The notes under the pieces were generated by a model. It did no database searches. It was not told where the DNA came from and saw nothing but the letters and a program-made list of their open reading frames with translations. A program made the translations under genes and the position numbers. Of a stretch of DNA of 64,000 nt, positions 13,899 to 27,142 are shown piece after piece. Within the stretch, counting starts at the first letter, position 1. The number at the start of each line of letters is the position of its first letter. Source of the stretch: Eledone cirrhosa (lineage: Eukaryota); the NCBI GenBank assembly GCA_964016885.1, contig OZ024762.1, positions 18,910,001 through 18,974,000 on the forward strand. Reading direction: 5' to 3'.

Positions 13899-14361
13899 AT
13901 TTATATATATATATATTATATATATATTATATATATATATATATATTATATATATATATATTATATATATATATATTATATATATATATATTATATAAAA
14001 TATTAAACAAATAATGAACAAACAATTCCTTATATTAAACAAAAAAAGTTCACTATTTAACGATCGTTTCTAGGGCATATATGTGTTATAATTGGTATGC
14101 ATATTCAACAGATCTATGTACAAAATTATACAAAATTATACAAATTATCAAGATTAAATATACATACCTAACACATATATACGCCGTCTTCAGAAATAAT
14201 ATTTTATCTTGACTCTGTATACCGTTTATCTTTCACCGAAAGTGGATTTTCATTACATCTCTTCTTTCCATGATATCCGGAATACATTGAGTTCTTCATA
14301 CGGATTGGACACTACCGTAAACTCTTGGTAGATTTATCTACATATATATTATATATATATA

Positions 14362-14436
<75 letters not shown>

Positions 14437-14440
14437 ATAT

Positions 14441-14531
<91 letters not shown>

Positions 14532-14584
14532 ATATTATATATATATATATTATATATTATATATATATATATTATATATATATA

Positions 14585-14732
<148 letters not shown>

Positions 14733-14736
14733 ATAT

Positions 14737-14768
<32 letters not shown>

Positions 14769-14794
14769 ATATATATTTATATATATTATATATT

Positions 14795-14828
<34 letters not shown>

Positions 14829-14832
14829 ATTT

Positions 14833-15032
14833 NNNNNNNNNNNNNNNNNNNNNNNNNNNNNNNNNNNNNNNNNNNNNNNNNNNNNNNNNNNNNNNNNNNN
14901 NNNNNNNNNNNNNNNNNNNNNNNNNNNNNNNNNNNNNNNNNNNNNNNNNNNNNNNNNNNNNNNNNNNNNNNNNNNNNNNNNNNNNNNNNNNNNNNNNNNN
15001 NNNNNNNNNNNNNNNNNNNNNNNNNNNNNNNN
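14833..15032. other. Assembly gap (200 N) inside long (TA)n arrays
   Basis: Run of n characters. Confidence 1.
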
Positions 15033-15069
15033 GATACATATATATATGCATATATATATCCATACATAC

Positions 15070-15112
<43 letters not shown>

Positions 15113-15163
15113 AATATATATATATATATATATTGATACATATATATATGCATATATATATCC

Positions 15164-15194
<31 letters not shown>

Positions 15195-15258
15195 AAATAT
15201 ATATATATATATATATATATTGATACATATATATATGCATATATATATCCATACATAC

Positions 15259-15303
<45 letters not shown>

Positions 15304-15368
15304 AATATATATATATATATATATATATATTGATACATATATATATGCATATATATATCCATACATAC

Positions 15369-15407
<39 letters not shown>

Positions 15408-15470
15408 CATAAATATATATATATATATATATTGATACATATATATATGCATATATATATCCATACATAC

Positions 15471-15511
<41 letters not shown>

Positions 15512-15574
15512 CATAAATATATATATATATATATATTGATACATATATATATGCATATATATATCCATACATAC

Positions 15575-15605
<31 letters not shown>

Positions 15606-16163
15606 CATACATAATATATATATATTCATACATACATATATGTATATACATACATATATGTATATATAAATATTTAAGTGTGTCAGAGTATGTGTGTATG
15701 CACACAATATATGATATCCTAAAATAGCAACACGTCGTGATTGGTCGCAGAAATTTTCAACAAATTTACCCCTCTTCAATTCCGAACGTATTATTACGAA
15801 CAATTTCAAATATTTAAGTACCTCCGTATGGTATTTTCTTTCCTTAAATTTCGCTAATTATATAATTAAATTGGGAAATTTCGTTTCCTTATCAAAGGTA
15901 AAAATAAAAGAAACTCATAAAATTTTGCCACTAGCTTTTTAATTATTTTCCTGCGAATACTGAAAATTCGTACTGGAAAAATCTCACTTTGATATGTTCA
16001 TTAAGTTTCCTGTAGAACTGTTTCTATAGCGTGATTGGTTGTATAAATATATAGAGTCGTATGAATACATACGCACACATACATATATATGTGTGTGTAT
16101 GTGTGTGTTTGTGTATTATATATATATGTAGATGTATAATATATATATATATATGTATATATG

Positions 16164-16217
<54 letters not shown>

Positions 16218-16256
16218 TGTATATGTATGTATATGTAGATGTATTATATGTAGATG

Positions 16257-16323
<67 letters not shown>

Positions 16324-16338
16324 ATATATATATATATA

Positions 16339-16472
<134 letters not shown>

Positions 16473-16476
16473 TGTG

Positions 16477-16507
<31 letters not shown>

Positions 16508-16511
16508 GTAT

Positions 16512-16655
<144 letters not shown>

Positions 16656-17009
16656 GTAGATGTATTATATGTAGATGTATATATATATATGTAGATGTAT
16701 ATGTATATATATATATGTAGATGTATATATATATATATATGTATGTAGATGTATCATATATATGTATATATATATGTGTGTGTGTGTTTATCCGTTTGTA
16801 GTGGACGGCTGAGCGAAGAGTACTCAATACCGATGTAGGGTTTTAATATTCATTTTATTAAGACTAAATAGTGAGTTTGTTACTCTGGGTTTTTACTTTG
16901 ACACTTCACAGTAGCAAGACTCGTTATGAATAAATATATATGTGCGTATGCATGCCTGTATTATGTATGTATGAATATGTATGTTTGTATGCATGCATGC
17001 ATCTTTGTA

Positions 17010-17955
17010 TGTATTTTCTTCTGGTTTTATAATTTCACAAATTTTTTCCCAATAAGGAGAGAGTCGGTTTCTAACAGACACAAGACTCTCTCATTGGAAT
17101 TTACACAACATCAACAAGGTAGATGTGTATGTATGTCTGCATGCATGTGTAGGTATGGATGTTATTGTATGTGTGGATGTGTATGTTTTAAGTTGTATGT
17201 ATGCATGTGCATATACTTTGTATCTGTACATGTGTATATGCAGTTATTAGATGCAACATTTTTGGAATGTTTTACATATTTTTACTGGTCCATTAATGGA
17301 TTGTATTTGTAATTTCCTAACTAGTTATGTTCTTTCTGTTCCTGTGAAACCCAGCTTCTCAAGATTTGTATTGAGGCAGTTACTAATATATCCCAGTGCC
17401 CCAATAATAACAAGCATAAATCTGAAGGTGTAATCAGGGTGGAGTATCTGCAGATTTCTCATTAGTTCTGCATAAATATTCTTCTTTTCCTTAATCTTTG
17501 ATATTATATTGGCATCTGTCGGGCAGCTAACTTCCACTACTGTGCATCCCTTCTTTTCTCTGTCCCATATCATTATAATCTGGTCTGTTATGCCTGCATT
17601 TTATTGGGGTTTTTGCTGGAACATTCCACCAGTACTATTTCATATTATGTATATGGATATCTTTCACATTGCTGTAGCTTTTAATGTGTTTATTATCGGG
17701 GCTATCTCTTCTACAGATTGCATTGTATAGTGTTTTGGCCATTACATCATGCCTCATAGGTAGATAGTACCGCGATGACATCTTTGGACAGCTGCTTATG
17801 ACATGGGTGACATCTTCGATGTTAATTCTGCAGAGTCTGCACTTGTTGTCACATCTAGGTGTTTTGCCTACATCCCTATCTCTTTTGTGAATCAGGTATT
17901 TCGTGTTGATTTCCTGTTCTTGGATTGCAAAAGCGTATCCTTCAAAGTGGGAGCC
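17010..17955 (-). mobile_element. 5'-truncated R4/Dong-type non-LTR retrotransposon (CCHC knuckle + restriction-like endonuclease + 3' UTR)
   Basis: Minus-strand translation: AIQEQEINTK...CRLCRINIEDVTHVISSC...RHDVMAK, then PD..IWDREKKGCTVVEVSCP...KIKEKKNIY...IIGALG. These are RLE-clade motifs; the frame is disrupted. Confidence 0.8.
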
Positions 17956-17994
17956 AATATGTATGTATGTATGTAAGTATGTATGTATGTATGC

Positions 17995-18575
17995 ATTTTC
18001 TTCTGGGTTTATAATTTCACAAATGTTTACCAATAGAGAGAGAGTTGGCTTCTAACAAAGATACAGGACTCTCACATTGGAACTTACACATCAACTAGGT
18101 AGATATGTATGCATGTCTGTGCAGGTATGGATGTTATTGTATGTGTGGGTGTGGATGTTTTGGGTTATGTGTGCATGTGCATATGCTTTGTATCTCTATA
18201 AGTGTATATGCAGTTATTAGATATTTGGGGAATGTTTTACATATTTTTACTGTTCCATTAATGAATTGTACTTGTAATTTCCTAACTAGTCGTGTTCTTT
18301 CTGTTTCTGTGAAGCCCAGCTTCTCAAGATTTGTATGTATGTATGTATGTTTTTCTGGTTTTATAATTTCACAAATGTTTGCCAATAGAGAAAGAGAGAG
18401 TCGGTTTCTAACATAGACACAAGATTCTCTCATTGGAATTTACACAACATCAACTAGGTAGTTATGTATGCATGTCTGCATGCATGCATGTGTAGATATG
18501 AATGTTATTGTTTGTGTGGATGTGGATGTTTTGAGTTGTATGTGTGCATGTGTATATGCTTAGTATCTGTACATA
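17995..18575 (-). mobile_element. Two further 3' fragments of the same R4/Dong-like element
   Basis: Repeat of ttttataatttcacaaat...ctcattggaatttacacaacatc...; each is bounded by (tatg)n. Confidence 0.8.
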
Positions 18576-19094
18576 GGTATGTATGTATGTATGTATGTAC
18601 AATGCTTCACCGTCGTTGCTTGGGCATATAAACAGGCGACTTACAATTAATAATATTTATCTTATTTTTACGTCCAACAAACGTCGCTTGTTGGCGTAAT
18701 TGTTTCGCTGTGAAATGATTTAGCTCTGGATGTATTTCGTCGTAGTGTAGCTTCATTCTGTTCAGAAGGATTTTTTTTTCGTCATCTTATAAAATCAAAT
18801 AAATCATCATTAAGTTCGCAACTCCAAGAGAAATGCGATTTATAATTTCGGTTTCTTTAGTAGTCACAACTAAATACATTTTATTTACCTTTCTCATTGA
18901 TTTTCTCATTGATTTTTATTTATTTATTTATCTATGTAGGTGTGTATGTATGTATGTATGTATGTATGTATGTATGTATGTATGTATGTATGTATGTATG
19001 TATGTATGTATGTATGTATTTATGTATGAATATGTATCTTTGTATGCATGCATCTTTTTATGTACGTACGTATGTATATATGTATATATGTATG

Positions 19095-19420
19095 TTTTTC
19101 TGGTTTTATAATTTCACAAATTTTTACCAATAGAGAGAGAGTCGGTTTCTAACATAGTTACAAGTCTCTCTCATTGGAATTTACATGCATGCATGTGTGT
19201 GGGTATCGATGTTATTTTATGTGTGAATCTGTATATTTTGAGTTATATATGTGTATGTACATATGCTTTGTATCTGTACAAGTGTATATGCAGTTATAAG
19301 ATGCATCATTTTTGGAACGTTTTACATATTTTTACTGTTCCATTAATGAATTGTACTTGCAATTTCCTAACTGGTCGTGTTCTTTCTGTTTCTGTGAAGC
19401 CCAGCTTCTCAAGATTTGTA
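19095..19420 (-). mobile_element. Fourth 3' fragment of the R4/Dong-like element
   Basis: Encodes NLEKLGFTETERTRPVRKLQVQFINGTVKICKTF, as at 17260-17370; bounded by (tatg)n. Confidence 0.8.
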
Positions 19421-19439
19421 TGTATGTATGTATGTATGT

Positions 19440-19850
19440 ATGTCAGGTCACTCTCGAGTGCTACTGGTAACATGTAACCCTGTACAACCTGTTTCATGGT
19501 CGGGTCGTCGCCGACTAAACCGGCAACCCGACCAAGCTTGCTTGGTGAGGAGGGTGATATTTGGACACCCTGCGTGATAAGATACAAGACCCGGCTAAAG
19601 GTCGGAGGATCTCAGCAGAGTCAACGGCCATCCAAATATTACTTTTGTTTTTCACCTTGGAGTGAAAGGCCCCCAGTTGTCAGAACACCTTTCTAGGAGA
19701 GGAAAACTCTGTAAAAAAACCTGCAGCTTCGGAAGCATCCGATGATGTTGAACAATTCTCATTTTCGATAGTGTTTTCGATGCTCAGGGAGTGGGGTTGG
19801 TCCAGTGCAAGGCCTTGCCTCACTTAAAAAACATTCAAAGCACAGGCATT
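19440..19850 (+). mobile_element. RTE 5'-UTR-like element, diverged relative of 23872-24488
   Basis: Shares gtcaggtcac...gtgctactggtaacatgta...cttggtgaggagggtga...gcacaggcatt. Confidence 0.7.
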
Positions 19851-19980
19851 GTTGGTTATGTTACAGGTTCGTGTGGCTGGCCATAGCCTAAAAGTGCACC
19901 AAACTCTATAATCTGACAAGCGATTGCAATACTCTTAGCAGAGTTTGCAGCCATGATGTATATATGTGAGTGTGTATGTA

Positions 19981-20046
<66 letters not shown>

Positions 20047-20048
20047 CA

Positions 20049-20181
20049 CAAGGTAGCGCAAAAGTCACGCACTGTAAAATAACACTTTCACATATTATCG
20101 TCATATTTATTTTTGTAAATTAATGTGCAATGCCCAGAAGGTGATCATTAGGGTGGTGCGTTACTTTTGCGCCAACCTGTA
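20049..20181. mobile_element. Mariner-like miniature inverted-repeat element
   Basis: aggtagcgcaaaagtcacgcac versus gtgcgttacttttgcgccaacct followed by gTA; resembles mariner-type TIRs (AGGTTGGTGCAAAAGTAA). Confidence 0.6.
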
Positions 20182-20408
20182 TGTATGTGTGTGTGTGTAT
20201 ATATATATATATAAACAATGTTTATATATATATATATATATATATAAACGTTTGTATCTGTATAATAAAGCCAAAACAATGCAGGTATGGACATAGAATA
20301 AAGAATGCAAATGCAAAAGATATTGTTGACAATTAGTCTTTTACCTTAGATTTATTTAAATGTCCTTTATTTAAATATATATATATATAAACATTGTTAT
20401 ATACTATT

Positions 20409-20598
20409 GGCGGTGGATTGGCAGTATCGGTAGAGAGTAGGATGCCATGCTTTCCAGCATAGTTACGTCCCTTTACAGTCTGAGTTCAAATCCCGCCGAG
20501 GTTAACTTTGCCGTTCATCCTTACTGGGTTGATAAAATAAAGTACCAGTAATACACTGGAATAATTGCCTGCCTTGTGCCAAAGATAGAAACAATTAT
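20409..20598 (+). mobile_element. tRNA-derived SINE copy
   Basis: Full head, core and tail. Confidence 0.9.
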
Positions 20599-20627
20599 TA
20601 TATATATATACTTTTCAATAGAGAAAC

Positions 20628-20722
20628 GTTGGTTGATCTACCGACGGTTGACTGATCTACCGACGTTGGCTGATCTACCGACGTTGACTGATCTACCGAC
20701 GTTGACTGATCTACCGACAGTT
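20628..20722. repeat. 18-19 bp tandem repeat, ~5 copies
   Basis: gttgactgatctaccgac repeated. Confidence 0.85.
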
Positions 20723-20755
20723 GCCGTAAAAGACTCCACGACTTGTACCCCTTAA

Positions 20756-20958
20756 CCCTTTAGGATTTAAACCGACCGTATCTGGCCAGAATTCTCTCAC
20801 TTCTTTTTGTTCAAACCGGCTGTAATCGGCCGCTTAGATTGATGTTAAGGTATTGTTCACAAAATAAATGATATCAAAATCTCATAGACTTGCTATTATG
20901 TGAGATAAAGCCTTTACCGTGAAAATACAATAGTAAATATAGAGTAATGTATAATGGG
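20756..20958. mobile_element. piggyBac-like MITE
   Basis: TTAA|CCCTTTA...TAATGGG|TTAA: TTAA duplication with CCC/GGG termini. Confidence 0.65.
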
Positions 20959-20999
20959 TTAAAGTATTAGCACTAAGATATCAAACGGAGTGTCAATAT

Positions 21000-21339
21000 T
21001 ATAAAGAACAGAGACAGTTTTAAATGTATATGCTTCATTTATTGTAGAACCCTGTTATCCGTATTTAAAAGACATCAAAATGATTGCATAATAACCCATT
21101 CATCAGAACAGTGTAAGTTGTAATCTAGTTAAAAACATAGTGTTATTAGTCCACTACAGTGGGAATATGTGTACTGTAGTGGACTTCTACGACATATCAA
21201 AAGCAAAATCTTTACAACTTTACACTTTTCTGGTGAAAACATGTCAAAGGGTTATTCGGCAATCTTGACGTCTTTGAAATGCGTATAACAGATTATATAA
21301 TAAATAAAGGATGTACATTTAAAAGTGTCTTTTTCTTTA

Positions 21340-21340
<1 letters not shown>
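21000..21340. mobile_element. Imperfect ~340-bp fold-back element with hammerhead-like cores in both arms
   Basis: Centre agtccactacagt/actgtagtggact (21148-21185). Left arm has tcatcag (CTGATGA on minus); right arm has CTGGTGA...GAAATGCGTATAACAG. Outer arms also match. Confidence 0.65.
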
Positions 21341-21372
<32 letters not shown>

Positions 21373-21623
21373 ACCAGGGAGTGTAACGCGGAGTTACTGT
21401 AGGTTCACCCGGGTGAGCACTCGATGTTTAGGTTCACGTCGGTATCGAGGTGTAGAGCTAGACAAAATGTAATATAATAATACAAGGACGAATGGTTACT
21501 CCTTCATTACGTTTATTGGTTAGTGACGCGCGTTTCGCTACTGATCAGCTCAAGGTTCGATCTGTCTCGATCTAGCCTGACTCTGAAATCAAAAGCTCGT
21601 CGGACCTCTGTAGTAGTAATGAC

Positions 21624-21691
<68 letters not shown>

Positions 21692-22059
21692 TGTATTTGT
21701 TTTACAAGGTTCTTGTGAAATCGTGTGATGAAATATTGTTATACTTTGAAAGGGTCATACTGCCAAAGATATCACACGCACCAGATCGTTTTCACTTCAG
21801 TATAATTATTAGTGTGATAACTAATGCATTCCTCGGTTACCTCCCTTGCAGGATGTTTTTTTTTTATTATCAAAGCTCTTTCGCCACACATTGCACGACC
21901 TTCCAAATGACTATTCTTGCTCCTCTGTTTTTTCTCTTCATTTTAATTGTTGTTCTAGTCACTCCATCTTATCTTTCTTTGGTATGTGTGTGCGCGTGAA
22001 TGTGTGTATGTACGCGCGTGTATGTGTGTGGTTGTATGTGTGTGTGTGTGGTATGGCAC

Positions 22060-22376
22060 AATCATCATCCGGTAGCCTCAGTCGAAATCGACTCAACAAT
22101 TGATCTCCACGTGGGTCTGTCGTTCATTGCCGTTACCAAGTCCTGGATTTCAATACCAGAACCTCAGGAGATGACATCAGGATAGGAGAGCTTGCAGCCC
22201 CTGTTATTAGTGACTGCTTGTGGTTTCAAAAGCACTAATGGGGACACAGCCTTATAGGTGGCACGGTGGCAGTGGCCAGCAAATCTTACTCTCCTTTTAC
22301 GTACAATGACAGATATGCGTGGGTGGCCGGCATATCTCTCTCTCAAAGTCAGATATCGCCAGCTTGTGTTCCACAA
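22060..22376 (-). mobile_element. RTE/RTE-X-like LINE 3' end
   Basis: Translation VRKRRVRFAGHCHR...LLKP...RG..LSYPD...AMNDRPTWRSIV is the typical RTE C-terminus; short (gat)n tail. Confidence 0.75.
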
Positions 22377-22849
22377 AGGCTGATAGGCCTAGTAGTAAAA
22401 CATGGACGTTTGATTTTAAATTGAATCCTATTTAATGTTTATGCAAGGAGGCAGATGAGCAAATTAAAAATACGTACTTACACCACACCAAATCAAAAAT
22501 TATTAGACACACGCTGTTCAAGTTGATACGTAAGGTTTGCTTTGACATTAGTAGGGAGCCAACGGCATATCGAAACTAGATTTAACGCCAGCTTAAACGC
22601 TTTAACATGAGTAGTATAATAACCATAGGTGTAGGATTGTCTTTACTGATATAATGATATAACTAGCAATATCCGTAGGTCTTCTAATTATCTTAGAAGT
22701 CTTAATGGATTTACTGAGATAGCAGAGAATATCTCCCAGTGTTAGCAGCTTGATTTGTTTGCTCGAGTAATTACTATTAGTTCTGTTACTGTGTGCAGTA
22801 TATTATTATAACTAGTGAACCCGTGTCGTCAGTAATGATGGTAATAACG

Positions 22850-23012
22850 GTTTCTGATTTAGGGACAGAGCAAACAATTTTAGGGGAGGGGAAACGTCGA
22901 TAAAATCGACACCCCGTAAGGATGAAAGGCAAAGCTAACCTCGGCGGGATTTAAACTCAGAACATAAAGGGCCATATGCATTAAAGCATGGTGTCCGATG
23001 TTCTACCGATTG
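22850..23012 (-). mobile_element. tRNA-derived SINE copy (deleted core)
   Basis: accccgtaaggatgaaaggcaaagctaacctcggcgggattt. Confidence 0.8.
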
Positions 23013-23234
23013 TAATAACGTTGAATGTATTTAATTTTTGGAGTCCAGGATTGGTGTGTCATACCAGGATGACTAGATATATACAATAGTATGCTGCGGA
23101 TTTCTAGAAAAATATCACATGATCCACTTAACAGATACAGTGTATACGATCACGGAAGAGCCGAACTTCCACTGTCGTCGCCTCCATCTCTTTCGCCCTC
23201 CTCATCTCTCTGCATAATGAGTAAATGGGGTCCC

Positions 23235-23661
23235 ACGTGCGGCCAGCATGGAGAAGGGATTTCCCCGAAATGGGGTTCCTCCGAAGGGTCTTTGGAGTAA
23301 TATTACTCCTCGATAGAGTGTGTAGCTCAGAGAGTCGCTCCAGTTAGAGCCGCTACTTCCCCGAATTGAGAGATCGCAGCTGCGATACTATGGACATGTG
23401 GTTAAAATGTCTCAGCAAAGAATCGATGGACAGATTTTACGAGCAAAACCAACCGGCAGGAGACTCAGGGATGGACCCTGAATAACATCCTTGAGCTTAG
23501 CTGGTCATGTTTGGGGATCCAACTGGATCAGTTGGAGATGGTTGCTATGCTACTGAAAGGACCAACTGGAAGGAGTATTTGAAGACTCTGCTTCCACGAC
23601 CTTCTCAGGAATGAGTGGGAGAAGAAGAAGAAGACGAAGAAGAAGAAGACGAAGAAGAAGA
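23235..23661 (+). mobile_element. RTE (Expander/Rex3-like) LINE 3' fragment with (GAA)n tail
   Basis: attgagagatcgcagctgcgatactatggacatgtggtt encodes IERSQLRYYGHVV; PTGRR motif; ends gagtgggagaagaagaag. Confidence 0.8.
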
Positions 23662-23843
23662 TATATCAATGATATGACGGTTGATAATCATGCAATGGTT
23701 GCGCCATTAATAGGCTCCAGAGGCCCTTACAATTACGTGAAGTAGTTATGTTGATATGCCGCTGGTAAGGTAGTACACCCCTGGCGTAGAGCCAGCGACC
23801 ATATCTTGCATATATATATATATACATACATATGTATATATAC

Positions 23844-23871
<28 letters not shown>

Positions 23872-23874
<3 letters not shown>

Positions 23875-24488
23875 TGTCAGGTCACCAGTTGGTGCTACTG
23901 GTAACATGTATCCCAGTACAACCTGTCTCATGGTCGGGTCGTTGGCGACTAAACTGGCAACGCCACCAAGGTTTCTTGGTGAGGAGGGTGACTTTGGACA
24001 TCCTGCAGGACTAAAAACAAAACCTGTCAAAGGGCAAAGGAACTCTTAAGAGTCAATGGCCATCCAAAATCACCGGGAGAGATGACCCCTTAGCCTTTGT
24101 CAAGGCAGAATTCTAGGAGAAGGAAAACTCTGGTATAACACCTGCAACCCTGATGGTATCCAATGATGTTGACTTGTTCTTCTTTTTGGTAAATATCATC
24201 TTGGTTAAGAGAGTGGGACTGGCTTTGTGCAGTGCCTTTGCTCACTATAAAAGCTTCACAGCACAGGCATTGCTTTATATCTGGAGATCTCTCTGCACTT
24301 GTCATCACATGGTACCATGGGCCCAGCACTATGTGTCAATAATGGTCACAAGTGTAGTCTTTGTACCAGAGTTTTCAAGTCGCTGGCTGGACTAAAAAGT
24401 CACATTCGTTCAGCGCATCGGTAGGGGTTCTCCTACATGGATATAAAGTAGTGGCCATACTCGAAAACGAGTTGGCAGCCACCACCAT
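23872..24488 (+). mobile_element. Bipartite non-autonomous RTE element (5' UTR joined to a 3' end with a C2H2 finger)
   Basis: Near-identical to 27143-27750. 24347-24424 encodes HKCSLCTRVFKSLAGLKSHIRSAHR*; 3' hairpin ctcgaaaacgag. Confidence 0.7.
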
Positions 24489-24493
24489 ATATG

Positions 24494-24533
<40 letters not shown>

Positions 24534-24694
24534 TATTAAGTTGTTAAACAATATTCGATGATTATGTCAAAGAATGAGTTTTTCAGCAGATTGGAAGCCC
24601 TCAACGGTAAATTAATTTCCAGGAGTTATTAATATTAAAATATAAGTATTAATAAAATCTTAACCATTTAACATCTCAGGGTATGTCATGTATC

Positions 24695-24757
24695 ATTATA
24701 TTTTGTCTGATGAGGACGTACTGTTGTACATCCTAAATATGTATAATAAAATGTAAT
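24695..24757 (+). ncRNA. Type I hammerhead ribozyme-like motif (core G12 mutated)
   Basis: attatattttgt-CTGATGA-ggacgtac tgtt gtacatcc-TAA-atatgtat-a-ataaaatgtaat: 12-bp helix I with two G-U pairs, 8-bp helix II with one mismatch, near-palindromic short helix III. Confidence 0.65.
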
Positions 24758-24797
24758 TGATCAAAAGAACATCTATTTTATTAATACTTATATTTTA

Positions 24798-24831
<34 letters not shown>

Positions 24832-24874
24832 GTATATATATGTATGTATATATATGTATATGTATGTATATAAG

Positions 24875-24905
<31 letters not shown>

Positions 24906-24961
24906 ATATATATGTATGTATATATATATGTATGTATATATATGTATATGTATGTATATAA

Positions 24962-25001
<40 letters not shown>

Positions 25002-25848
25002 ATATATATGTATGTATATATATGTATATGTATGTATATATATGTATATGTATGTATATAAGTATATATATATATATATATATGTATGTATATATATATG
25101 TATGTATGTATATATATATGTATGTATATATATATGTATGTATGTATATATATATATATGTATGTATATATATATGTATGTATATATATGTATATATAAG
25201 TATATATATATGTATATATAAGTATATATATATGTATGTATATATATATGTATGTATATATATATGTATGTATGTATATATATATATATGTATGTATATA
25301 TATATGTATGTATATATATGTATATATATATATATGTATGAATATATACATATATGCATATGTATATATATATATATATATGTATGAATATATACATATA
25401 TGCATATGTATATATACATATATATATGTATTGATGGTGAAATATATTTCTTTAATGAAATATATATACAAGGAAGATTAATCAATGTATAACGTAGCTA
25501 AACAAAGCCTGCTTTGTGTTTCCCTATATATATATATATATATGTGTATGTGTGTGTGTGTATATGTATATATGTATGTATGTGTGCGTGTGTATATGTA
25601 TATATGTATGTGTGTGTGTGTGTATATGTATATATGTATGTGTGTGTGTGTGTGTACATCTAGATCTAGATCTTTGGGAGTATGTAGCAACATCTCTATA
25701 TATTATAGGAGTTGTAGTTGTCTGCTATGCTATAGAAGACAATATTAATGAAATCAAGGAGATAACGCGCTTACTTAGAATTGTCGTCTGCAACAGCAAC
25801 GCAACTGCAACGACTGTAAAAACTAACAATAATATTTGTTTATCTAAA

Positions 25849-26353
25849 CCGCCAGACTCTTTCAAAAACGAAAGAGAGGCGGTTTTCCTCTGTACGGTGG
25901 CTATGGTGAAAGAAGTTATATGGTGGACGAGGTTGAGAGGACTGAGGACAGATGCCTTTCTCTCCGGACAACAATTGATTCCATTCTTTAAGTATCACTT
26001 TAGAAGGAGAATCAGGGTGGAGAGAGAGGCACTGCACCCCAGTAAATTTACTGAAAGGTGGGTGAATGAAGCGAAAATGGCCCGAGTGATTGGGCCTTCT
26101 CTGTTTATAAGCCTGTAGGTTGAGGAAGAGAGCAAAAGGAAGAAGGGAGCACTTGCACAACATGCTCCTGGAGTTGAGGGTTGTTCTATCGACGGGGTAT
26201 TAAACAACCCATTTGTGGCGCCTCCCCCCTATTGGGGATTTCGATTGTTGAAATTGTTTGTTTTTATATTTTTTACACGACTGTATGTAAAATCCCCGGC
26301 ATGTCTTTGTATTGTCCCCTTTCTTGTTGCGCCCTTGTGGCTAATAAAGAAAT
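25849..26353 (+). mobile_element. 5'-truncated Tx1/L1-like LINE with 22-bp TSD
   Basis: Encodes FLCTVAMVKEVIWWTR...FFKYHFRRRIRVERE..SKFTERW, like a Tx1 ORF2 C-terminus. Tail gtggctaataaagaaat; caataatatttgtttatctaaa at 25827-25848 and 26354-26375. Confidence 0.85.
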
Positions 26354-26912
26354 CAATAATATTTGTTTATCTAAAGATAAACTTTTCCTTTGTCGTCTGC
26401 AATTTCATATTGTTTAGCGATACCTGAGAACTAACCAAAGAAACTAATCACGTTTAAAGAAGCTAATGAAGATTAAAGTAAGCCTCCAATATTATTGGTC
26501 CGACACTGATTGGTTATAAATAATAATGTATTCTCTTTAGTCTACGTTGGTGTTCAAATTGTCGAACTGTTTTTCGCATAGGTTAAAGAATTCGTCGTGG
26601 GAACGGGCGCCGGTCCAGTCGCCACACACACACTCACTTGCATACATCTGCACACACACACATACACACACACATACGCACACACACACATCCGCACACA
26701 CGCAAACACACACATACACACACATACACACACATACACGCAGACACACGACATTGTCCTAAACTGGACGAATGTAGTATGTATGTGTGTATGTATATAT
26801 GTGTATATATATATATATATATGTATGAGTGTGTATGTATATCTGTATGTATGTATGTATGTATGTATATATGTATGTATGCATGTATATATATGTGTAT
26901 ATATATGTATGA

Positions 26913-26962
<50 letters not shown>

Positions 26963-27142
26963 AACATGGGAAGAAAGAGGTAAACTGCGTGGTTGCACAT
27001 GGGTTACATATTATAAAATTAGTCCCTCATCAGTGATATATATATATACAAAGGGCGGAAGAACTCATAAGAGGCAACCAAAAAATGTAAATATGTATAT
27101 ACATATGTATATATGTGTGTATGTATATGTCAGTGTGCATGT

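Noticed and set aside
23876-23970. HDV-like ribozyme at the 5' end of the RTE-derived element
   Set aside because: I could not build P1/P3/L3 consistently in both the 23876 and 19441 variants.
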